Source: Pseudobdellovibrionaceae bacterium (lineage in GTDB: Bacteria; Bdellovibrionota; Bdellovibrionia; Bdellovibrionales; Bdellovibrionaceae). From it: 64,000 nucleotides of DNA. Location: contig JAHBUV010000001.1 of the NCBI GenBank assembly GCA_019637915.1, positions 898,565 to 962,564 of the forward strand. The letters are read 5' to 3'. A program made the translations under genes and the position numbers. The notes under the pieces are model-generated. The model was not told where the DNA came from. It saw only the letters and a list, made by a program, of their open reading frames with translations, and searched no databases. Of the stretch, positions 49,430 to 56,682 are shown piece by piece. The stretch's first letter is position 1. Each line of letters begins with the position of its first letter.

Positions 49430-49698
49430 GACAGAATGGCTCTCGTCGGCGCGATGGACTCGCCGCGGTCCTTGACGTTCTTCGCACCTTCCATGGACGC
49501 GCAGTGGGCGCAGCAGTAGATGCGGCCCTCTTCCTCCACGCCGTGGCCGATGATGCGCGTTTCACAATGCGCGCAGCGCGGAGCCAGGATGTTGATGGCG
49601 CACTCGAAGGAGTCGAAGGTGTGAGCCCGACCGTCCATGATGACCTGAAAAGCCTTGTCGTAAGCGTTGCCGCAGTTCTCGCATTTCATTTCCTTCAT
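49426..49698 (-). CDS. small Cys-rich protein with two TRASH/zinc-ribbon-like half-sites
   Basis: The SD is GGGAGG. The two half-sites are 'CENCG..(23)..FDSFEC' and 'CAHCE..(16)..YCCAHC'. Its stop overlaps the kinase start (ATGA). Confidence 0.65.
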   Translation of the reverse strand: MKEMKCENCGNAYDKAFQVIMDGRAHTFDSFECAINILAPRCAHCETRIIGHGVEEEGRIYCCAHCASMEGAKNVKDRGESIAPTRAILS

Positions 49699-49821
49699 GG
49701 TGACCTCCCGTCTTTTTTGAGCACTGAAATTCTAACCCGTTTCGACGTTTCTCCGAGGGGAATCCGGAAATCTTCACTTCAATATGAAGGGAAAAAGTCT
49801 TTTGGTAACGAAGGAGGTGTT

Positions 49822-50925
49822 ATGAAGAAAGTCCGTTACGCCGTCGTGGGTCTGGGTCACATCGCGCAAACCGCCGCTTTGCCGGGCTTGAAAAATGCCC
49901 GTCGCAATTCGCAACTGACCGCCCTGGTTTCCGATGACCCGGTGAAGCTGAAAAAACTCAGCAAGCAATACAAAGTCCCCTCCACTTATTCCCACGATGA
50001 ATTCGAGGCCTGCCTGAAAAGCGGCCTGGTGGACGCGGTTTACATCGCGACGCCCAATACCCACCACCGCCGTTTCGCGGAAATCGCCGTGGAGCACGGC
50101 GTGCACGTTCTGTGCGAAAAACCGCTGGCCGCCTCCTCGGCCGATTGTGAAGCCATGATCGCCGCCGCCAGGCGCCACAAGGTGAAACTGATGACCGCCT
50201 ACCGCCTGCACTTCGACGCCGCCAATTTGCGGGCCTCGCAGCTGGCCCATTCGGGGAAATTGGGCGAACTGCGCTATTTCAATTCGATCTTCTCCTACCA
50301 GATCACCGACGAGGACAACATCCGCCTGCAGAAAGACAAAGCCGGCGGGCCGCTCTATGACATCGGCATTTACTGCCTGAACGCCGCCCGTTCGCTGTTC
50401 CGCGCCGAGCCCACGGAGGTTTTCGCTTTCAGCACGCGCAAAAAAGGCGACTCGCGCTTCAGCGAGGTGGAGGAGATGGTCTCCGCCGTGATGAAATTCC
50501 CCGACGAGCGCCTGGCGAGCTTCACCTGCTCCTTCGGCTCCGCGCCGCGCTCCCGCTACGACCTGGTCGGCACGAAAGGCAGCCTGCAGCTGGACAACAG
50601 TTACGAGTACGCCGAATCCATGAAGATGGACGTGGTGATCAACGAGAAATCAAAAAAATCCTCTTACGCGAAGAAGGATCAGTTCGGTCCCGAATTCGCC
50701 TACTTCTCGGACTGCATCCTGAAAAACCGCGAGCCCGAACCCTCCGGCACGGAGGGCCTGGCCGATCTGCGGGTCATCGAAGCCTTGTTCACCTCGATGA
50801 AGGAAGGGCGCGCCGTCAAGGTTTCGGCGGCGAAGAAGGGCAAATACCCCCACCCACGGCAAAAAATCCGCATGCCGGCCGTGCGCGAACCCAGCAAAGT
50901 CCACGTCACCTCACCCTCTTCCTAA
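49822..50925 (+). CDS. Gfo/Idh/MocA family oxidoreductase
   Basis: The SD is AAGGAGG. 'VRYAVVGLGHIAQ' is the Rossmann motif and 'VLCEKPLA' is the family motif. Confidence 0.85.
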   Translation: MKKVRYAVVGLGHIAQTAALPGLKNARRNSQLTALVSDDPVKLKKLSKQYKVPSTYSHDEFEACLKSGLVDAVYIATPNTHHRRFAEIAVEHGVHVLCEKPLAASSADCEAMIAAARRHKVKLMTAYRLHFDAANLRASQLAHSGKLGELRYFNSIFSYQITDEDNIRLQKDKAGGPLYDIGIYCLNAARSLFRAEPTEVFAFSTRKKGDSRFSEVEEMVSAVMKFPDERLASFTCSFGSAPRSRYDLVGTKGSLQLDNSYEYAESMKMDVVINEKSKKSSYAKKDQFGPEFAYFSDCILKNREPEPSGTEGLADLRVIEALFTSMKEGRAVKVSAAKKGKYPHPRQKIRMPAVREPSKVHVTSPSS

Positions 50926-50979
50926 GGGTGACAGTTCCCTTTTTGTCGTGCGGCGCACGACAAAAAGGGAACTGTCACC
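50926..50979. repeat. ~55-bp palindromic REP-like element, copy C
   Basis: The sequence is gggtgacagttccctttttgtcgtgc-ggc-gcacgacaaaaagggaactgtcacc. It begins 1 nt after the plus-strand TAA, and its right arm contains the TGA (50975-50977, minus strand) of the amidohydrolase. Confidence 0.9.
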
Positions 50980-51931
50980 TCGCGCTCACGCGGCATTCGT
51001 GCTGTTTCGCGAGGTCTTTCATTTTGAAGACGCGGACGGCGTTGTTGAAAAAGACGTCGCACCAATGCTCCCGCGGGATGGCGCGTTTGTAGGCCTCGAG
51101 ATAGTCCTTCATGCCGGTCAGGGGCCAATCCGTGCCGTACATGAGTTTGGTCGGGTCCTCCATGTAACCGAAGGCCCAGCGCACGGGCTCGATGAGGTAG
51201 CGCTCCAGACCGGCGGCGTTGATCTTCTTCAGGTCGCCGATCAGCAGAGCGGAGGCCTCCACGTAAACATTGGGGTTTTTGTAGGCCACTTCCGTCGCCG
51301 ACTGGATCCACGGATTGCCCAGGTGGGCGATGACGAACGTCACCTGGGGGAAATCCACGGCGACCTCATCGATGGTCAGGGGATCGGAGTACTTGAGCTT
51401 GCCGCGGGACGAGTAGGTGTCGCCGGTGTGGAAGACGACGGGCACGTCGTGCTTCCGCGCCAGGCGGTAGACCGGATGATAGGCCTTGTCGTTGGCGTAG
51501 CGGTGCACGTAGCCCAGGTAAATCTTCAGGCACGAGTACTTCTTCGAACGCAGGGCCTGATCGAGGCGGGCGGCGTCGACCTTCTCCTCGACCCCGAGGC
51601 AGTGCACGACGTGATGCTCTTTCATGTCCTCGTTGTAGCCCGTCCTGCCGTTGTCGGAGGTGTGCACGACCGCGCCCACCACGCCCGACTCCTTCATCTC
51701 GCGCAGGAATTGCTCTTTGGTCTGCACGATGCCGCTGGTGCGCTCGGGCTTGCCGCTGAAGCGCGTGTGGGTGTGGACATCGATCACCGGCAGGTTTTCG
51801 CTGGCCGCGAAAGACAGGTCCTCCGAGGCGGCGGCGCGGTCCGCGGTCTTGTCCTCTTTTTTCGGCGCCGACCAGCAGCTCGTCAGCATCATCAGGCCCA
51901 GGAGCAGGGGCAGCGGGAAGGATCGGCTCAT
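50975..51931 (-). CDS. amidohydrolase-family (TIM-barrel metal hydrolase) lipoprotein
   Basis: The lipobox is 'LMMLTSC'. The metal motif is 'VIDVHTHT', and 'VIAHLGNPW' is also present. Confidence 0.8.
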   Translation of the reverse strand: MSRSFPLPLLLGLMMLTSCWSAPKKEDKTADRAAASEDLSFAASENLPVIDVHTHTRFSGKPERTSGIVQTKEQFLREMKESGVVGAVVHTSDNGRTGYNEDMKEHHVVHCLGVEEKVDAARLDQALRSKKYSCLKIYLGYVHRYANDKAYHPVYRLARKHDVPVVFHTGDTYSSRGKLKYSDPLTIDEVAVDFPQVTFVIAHLGNPWIQSATEVAYKNPNVYVEASALLIGDLKKINAAGLERYLIEPVRWAFGYMEDPTKLMYGTDWPLTGMKDYLEAYKRAIPREHWCDVFFNNAVRVFKMKDLAKQHECRVSAR

Positions 51932-52098
51932 GGCAACTCCTCTGTGGATGCAACCATTTGTCCCGACCGGGCGCGGGGCTGTCAAGAACCAAGCCCGCGG
52001 GGGCTGGCAGGGCGCGAGCGCCTCCGTGAAGGGGTGACGTGGCGGGGTGACGCGCCGGGCATCACCAAGTGGGTCGGTCTTCGCTAGAGTGCCATCCC

Positions 52099-53319
52099 AT
52101 GAATGAAACCCTGCTGATCCTCCTCGCCGTGCTGTCCCTGGGACAATTTGCCGTCCTGCTGATTCTTTTCCTGCGCCGTCCGCCGTCCGGCCCCGACATG
52201 GAGTCGCCGCTGAAATCCCTCGGCCAGCAGAACGAGCGCATGGAGCGCGGCCTGCGCGACGAGTTCGCCCGCACCCGTGAGGAGCAGGGCAAGAGCGGCC
52301 GCGACCTGCGCGAGGAGGTGGCCACGGCCATGAACCGCATCACGCAGACCCTCGAGACCAAGATGAACCAGATCCAGGAATCCAACACCCGCAAGCTCGA
52401 GGAGATGCGCCACACGGTGGACGAAAAGCTGCAGGGCACCCTGGAAAAACGCCTGGGGGAAAGCTTCAAGCTCGTCAGCGACCGCCTCGAACAGGTGCAC
52501 AAAGGCCTGGGCGAGATGCAGAGCCTCGCGTCCGGCGTCGGCGATCTCAAGCGCGTCCTCACCAACGTCAAAACCCGCGGCACGTGGGGCGAGATCCAGC
52601 TGCGCGCCATCCTCGAGCAGATCCTCCTGCCCTCGCAGTACGAAGCCAACGTCAAGGTGAAGCCGGACAGCAACGAGCTGGTGGAGTTCGCCATCAGGCT
52701 TCCCGGCGGCGAGGCCGAGGACAAACCGGTGTGGCTGCCCATCGACTCGAAGTTCCCGAAAGAGGATTACGAGCGCATCCTCGAGGCGCAGGACCGCGCC
52801 GACAGCGAAGCCCTGCGCGTCGCCCGCGACGGCCTGGCGAAATCGCTGAAGCTTTTCGCCAAGGACATCCGCGAGCAGTACATCTCGCCTCCGCTGTCGA
52901 CGGACTTCGGGATCCTGTTCCTGCCCACCGAGGGCCTGTTCGCGGAAATCTGCCAGTACCCGGGCCTGCTCGACGCCATTCAGCGCGATCACCGCGTGAC
53001 GGTGGCCGGCCCCACCACCATGGCGACGCTGCTGAATTCGCTGCACATGGGTTTCCAGACCCTGGCCATCCAGGAGCGCTCGAGCGAGGTGTGGCAGGTG
53101 TTGGGCGCGGTGAAGACCGAGTTCGGCAAATTCGGACTGATGCTCGAAGGCGTCGAGAAAAAACTCGACGAGGCGAAGAACAAGATCGCCGGCGTGCGCT
53201 CCAAGACCACGACCATCACGCGCAAGCTCAAAAAAGTCGAGGAGCTGCCGAGCGAAAGCTCAAGGATGCTGCTGGATCTGGTCGACGGCGAAGAGGACGG
53301 CGAGGACGCGGAAGCCTGA
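52099..53319 (+). CDS. rmuC: DNA recombination protein RmuC
   Basis: An N-terminal TM helix and a long coiled coil are followed by the RmuC core: 'TRGTWGEIQL..ILE', 'LPIDSKFP' and 'FLPTEGLF'. Confidence 0.85.
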   Translation: MNETLLILLAVLSLGQFAVLLILFLRRPPSGPDMESPLKSLGQQNERMERGLRDEFARTREEQGKSGRDLREEVATAMNRITQTLETKMNQIQESNTRKLEEMRHTVDEKLQGTLEKRLGESFKLVSDRLEQVHKGLGEMQSLASGVGDLKRVLTNVKTRGTWGEIQLRAILEQILLPSQYEANVKVKPDSNELVEFAIRLPGGEAEDKPVWLPIDSKFPKEDYERILEAQDRADSEALRVARDGLAKSLKLFAKDIREQYISPPLSTDFGILFLPTEGLFAEICQYPGLLDAIQRDHRVTVAGPTTMATLLNSLHMGFQTLAIQERSSEVWQVLGAVKTEFGKFGLMLEGVEKKLDEAKNKIAGVRSKTTTITRKLKKVEELPSESSRMLLDLVDGEEDGEDAEA

Positions 53320-53324
53320 GCTAT

Positions 53325-53350
53325 TCGGATATCCGACATCGGATATCCGA
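53325..53350. repeat. tandem pair of identical 12-bp perfect palindromes (tcggatatccga-ca-tcggatatccga)
   Basis: I read this directly from the sequence. It lies in the 36-nt gap between convergent genes. Confidence 0.75.
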
Positions 53351-53355
53351 AGGGT

Positions 53356-53610
53356 TCAGGGCGCGTCGTTGCACTCGTACTCGGTTTTCGTGAAGTACGG
53401 GCGCGAACGCGACATCTCGCACTTCTTGAAAAAGAACGGCTGGTTCGGTTTCACTTCGCGCACGGGCATGCCCTGTTCCACCTGGAAAAGATCGTTCGCC
53501 AGGGTGGCCGGATGCGGGCGGCCCTGGGGCCTCTCCTTGGCGGCGCAGGCCGCCGTTCCCACGCAAATCAGCATCAACAAGATTTTTTTCCGAAATGAAC
53601 CGCGCTTCAT
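53356..53610 (-). CDS. small hypothetical lipoprotein (84 aa)
   Basis: MKRGSFRKKILLMLICVGTAACAAKE is a signal/lipobox. Only this 3' part of the long 53356-55197 ORF looks genuine. Confidence 0.45.
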   Translation of the reverse strand: MKRGSFRKKILLMLICVGTAACAAKERPQGRPHPATLANDLFQVEQGMPVREVKPNQPFFFKKCEMSRSRPYFTKTEYECNDAP

Positions 53611-53700
53611 TCTTTCCAGTCTATCCTTCTTCGCGACGGACGGCATCCCCGGGCTGGACGAAAGCTTGACCCCTCCGGCGCTCTTCGCCAGACTGGCGCC

Positions 53701-55251
53701 ATGATCGCGAAAACCTGGAAACGCACGACGACTTTTCAAAAAGCCCTGGCCCTGCTGTTGCCCGTCCTCCTGTTCCGCATCGTCTTCATGCTCAACGTGG
53801 GATTGATCGACGACGAGGCCTACCACTGGTCCTGGACGAAGGGACTGAGCCTTTCTTATTTCGATCATCCGGGCATGATCGCCTGGCTCGAAGCGATCAC
53901 CACGTCGTTGTTCGGCGACACCCTGCTGGGCGTGCGCCTGCCGGCTTTCCTGTGTTATCTCGGCGCCATGGTCATCCTGTGGCGCCTGACCTGGGAGCTG
54001 TTCAACGAATGGGCGGCGCACTTCGCGGTCTTCCTGCTGCTGTTCACCCCGCTGTGGGGCATCGGCGGCTTCGTGGCTTCGCCGGAGACGCCGTTCATTC
54101 TGTGCTGGATGGCGGCGGCTTGGGTGTTCTGGCAGGGCTGCCGCGAGGACGACAAACGCTGGTCCCCCGCCAAAACCTGGCTGTGGCTGGGCGTGATCAT
54201 GGGCCTGGGACTCAATTCGAAATTCATCATGGCGCTCCTGGCGCCGGGCTTCGGCGTGTACCTTCTGATGTCGCCAGGCCGCCGCCGCGAGCTCGCGGGC
54301 CCTTGGCCGTGGATGGGCGTGCTGATCGCCACCTTGATCTGCCTGCCGATCTTCCTGTGGAACCACGCCGTCGACTGGCCCGGCTTCAAATACCAGTTCC
54401 ACGATCGCCACAGCGGCGAGGGATTCTCCCTGGCGCGCTGGATGGGCTGGTTCGCCGCGCAGGTTTTGTTCCTGACGCCCTTCGTGTACTTCATGATCGC
54501 CTGCGCTTTTTTCCGCAGCTGGTTCCTGCGCCGCGAGGCGCGCTGGCGTTTCCTGTTCGCCCTCACCGTGCCGAGCCTGCTGATCTTCACCGTTCAGCCT
54601 TTCTTCGCGGAGTACAAGCCCCATTGGGCGGGACCGGCCTACTTGCTTCTCACCATGGGCGCGGGGGCCCTGTGGTCCGAGGGGCTCACCCTGTGGGACC
54701 GGCCCTGGCTGAAACCGAAATCCAAGGCCATCACCCTCGGCATCCTGGCGTTCCTCGTCCCGATCAATCTGTTCGTGTATTCGACTTTCGCGGGACCGTG
54801 GATGCCGAAGGTCCACCGGTTCTTCAAACCGAACCAGCCGTGGAACACCACCTGGGACCTGTCGAACGAGTTCACCGGATGGGAGGAGCTCGGCCAGGAG
54901 GTCAACCGCCGGCAGCGCGAGATCCACGCCCTCACCGACAAGCGCCCCTTCATCGCGGCCCTGCGCTACGAAACGACGGCGCAAACCTATTGGGGCACGA
55001 AGCAAAAGACCTACCACATGTCCTTCACGCGCTCGCACTACACCGTGGCGCAAAACCAAACGAAGGACTTCGACAACCTGAAGGGCCTGGACGCCCTGGT
55101 GGTGACGACGGAAAAATACCCCGCTCAACCCTCCGAGTGGGGACGTTTTGATTCCTGCGAGCCCAGCGAATTCAAAACCTACCGCGGCGATGAGCACGCC
55201 CGCACCTTCACCATCTGGTGGTGCAAGAACTTCCAGGGCGTGCTGCAGTGA
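53701..55251 (+). CDS. GT39/ArnT-like (PMT_2) membrane glycosyltransferase
   Basis: 'DDEAYHWSW...LSYFDHPGMIAWL' is the typical DE-motif N-terminus of ArnT/PMT-family enzymes. The protein has about 11 TM helices. Confidence 0.85.
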   Translation: MIAKTWKRTTTFQKALALLLPVLLFRIVFMLNVGLIDDEAYHWSWTKGLSLSYFDHPGMIAWLEAITTSLFGDTLLGVRLPAFLCYLGAMVILWRLTWELFNEWAAHFAVFLLLFTPLWGIGGFVASPETPFILCWMAAAWVFWQGCREDDKRWSPAKTWLWLGVIMGLGLNSKFIMALLAPGFGVYLLMSPGRRRELAGPWPWMGVLIATLICLPIFLWNHAVDWPGFKYQFHDRHSGEGFSLARWMGWFAAQVLFLTPFVYFMIACAFFRSWFLRREARWRFLFALTVPSLLIFTVQPFFAEYKPHWAGPAYLLLTMGAGALWSEGLTLWDRPWLKPKSKAITLGILAFLVPINLFVYSTFAGPWMPKVHRFFKPNQPWNTTWDLSNEFTGWEELGQEVNRRQREIHALTDKRPFIAALRYETTAQTYWGTKQKTYHMSFTRSHYTVAQNQTKDFDNLKGLDALVVTTEKYPAQPSEWGRFDSCEPSEFKTYRGDEHARTFTIWWCKNFQGVLQ

Positions 55252-55300
55252 CAGTTCCCTGTTTGTCGTGCGGCGCGCGACAAACAGGGAACTGTCACCC
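55248..55300. repeat. ~55-bp palindromic REP-like element, copy D
   Basis: The sequence is gtgacagttccctgtttgtcgtgc-ggc-gcgcgacaaacagggaactgtcaccc. Compensatory t>g / a>c changes keep the stem paired. The TGA at 55249-55251 (plus) and the TGA at 55295-55297 (minus) both lie in the arms. Confidence 0.9.
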
Positions 55301-56524
55301 TTCCTCCTCGTCGACTTCCTCCAGGCCGGGGATACGGCTGAAAGCGATGCAGGTGGGGGCTGATTTCAGGCGCTGGTGCAGACTGCCGGCGTAGATCGTG
55401 TCGCGTCCATAGCGTTTGTTGATCTGATCCACGGCCTTGTAGGCGAGACTGCGTCGTTCGTTCTCGAAAAATGAAAATTGATGCTGCTCCTCCGGGATGA
55501 AATCCCCGAGGACGATGGCGACCTTCACCGGCCGCTTCATCATCGGGGAACCGGCGAACAGGCGGTTCAATTCCTTCAGCAGGAAACCGGTGTCCTGCGT
55601 TTCATGGAAGCGCGACTGCCTCTCGTCAAACTCGTAACCCATATAACTGATGCCGAGGCTGAGCGAGCGGGCCATCATGCCCGCCATGCGCAAGCGGATG
55701 GCGGCCTTCCACAACAGCTTGTGCCCCACCGCCAGGGCGTCGCGGTGATTGCGCTCCGAGGGCGGCAGCACGTTCGAGTGGCCGATGCTCTTCGGCGGGA
55801 TGGGTTTTTCGAAATCCCGCCACTGTCCCTGCAGCAAACCGTGATAGCGCGCCCCCAGGACGCTCCCCCACAGGGCGCGCATCTGCTGCTCGTCCCGCGC
55901 CAGCAACTCGCTCATCGTCGTGACACCGCGTTCGCGCAAACGGCGGTCCATGCGGGGCCCGATGCCGGGCACGTCCTGCAGTTTCAGCGAAGACAAGGCC
56001 TCCACGCGGTTGTCGTCGCGGATCACCGTGAAGCCGTCGGGCTTTTGCATGTCGCAGGCGATCTTCGCCAGCAAAAAATTGCTGGAGATGCCGATGGAGC
56101 ATTTCAGGAATTCGCCCACCCGCTCGCGCAAGGCCGCCTTGATCCTGAGGGCGAGCTCGCGCCCCCGCTCCTCGATCTGCTGGGTGCCCGTCAGTTCACA
56201 AGCGATCTCGTCGATCGAGCACACCGAACGCACCGGAATGACCGAATCCACCGCCTCGATCACCTGATGGTGGTATTTCACGTAAGGACCGTGGCGGGCC
56301 GCCACCAGGATCAGGCCCGGGCACATGCGCTTGGCGTCGCCCACCCGGACCCCGGTCTTCACGCCGAATTTCTTCGCCTCGTAACTGGCGGCGATGACCG
56401 ACGTCGAGTCCGTCACCATCGGCACCACGGCCACCGGCTTCCCCCGCAAACGCGGCTCCTCCTGCTGCTCGCAGGAGGCGAAAAAGGAATTGAGATCGAC
56501 GTACAGGGCGCGCAAAGGCTTCAT
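55295..56524 (-). CDS. Y-family DNA polymerase (UmuC-like)
   Basis: 'YVDLNSFFASCEQ' and the catalytic 'CSIDE' are present. Length and order are typical of UmuC/DinB-family polymerases. There is no adjacent umuD. Confidence 0.85.
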   Translation of the reverse strand: MKPLRALYVDLNSFFASCEQQEEPRLRGKPVAVVPMVTDSTSVIAASYEAKKFGVKTGVRVGDAKRMCPGLILVAARHGPYVKYHHQVIEAVDSVIPVRSVCSIDEIACELTGTQQIEERGRELALRIKAALRERVGEFLKCSIGISSNFLLAKIACDMQKPDGFTVIRDDNRVEALSSLKLQDVPGIGPRMDRRLRERGVTTMSELLARDEQQMRALWGSVLGARYHGLLQGQWRDFEKPIPPKSIGHSNVLPPSERNHRDALAVGHKLLWKAAIRLRMAGMMARSLSLGISYMGYEFDERQSRFHETQDTGFLLKELNRLFAGSPMMKRPVKVAIVLGDFIPEEQHQFSFFENERRSLAYKAVDQINKRYGRDTIYAGSLHQRLKSAPTCIAFSRIPGLEEVDEEEG

Positions 56525-56682
56525 TTACATGTTATTTACGGTCACTTCCGCCCAAGGGCAAGACGATTCCGGCGACCTCGACTCACCGCCGGTTTTTTTC
56601 CCCGTCTCAAGTTGAGATTCCGCTCTCGAGAACATCGTGTTTCTTTCCGATATCAACTAAGATCATTCCACAGGGGAATCGC

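Noticed and set aside
53611-55197. The 5' 530 codons of the 613-aa minus-strand ORF 53356-55197.
   Set aside because: This part is antisense to the GT39/ArnT-like gene. Only the terminal 84 codons, which start at an ATG with a lipoprotein signal, look like a real gene.
56521-56545. Possible LexA/SOS box upstream of the Y-family polymerase (ttacatgttatttac).
   Set aside because: It is an imperfect palindrome. It matches none of CTGT-N8-ACAG, GAAC-N4-GTTC or TTAC-N3-GTAA. It also overlaps the start codon rather than a promoter.
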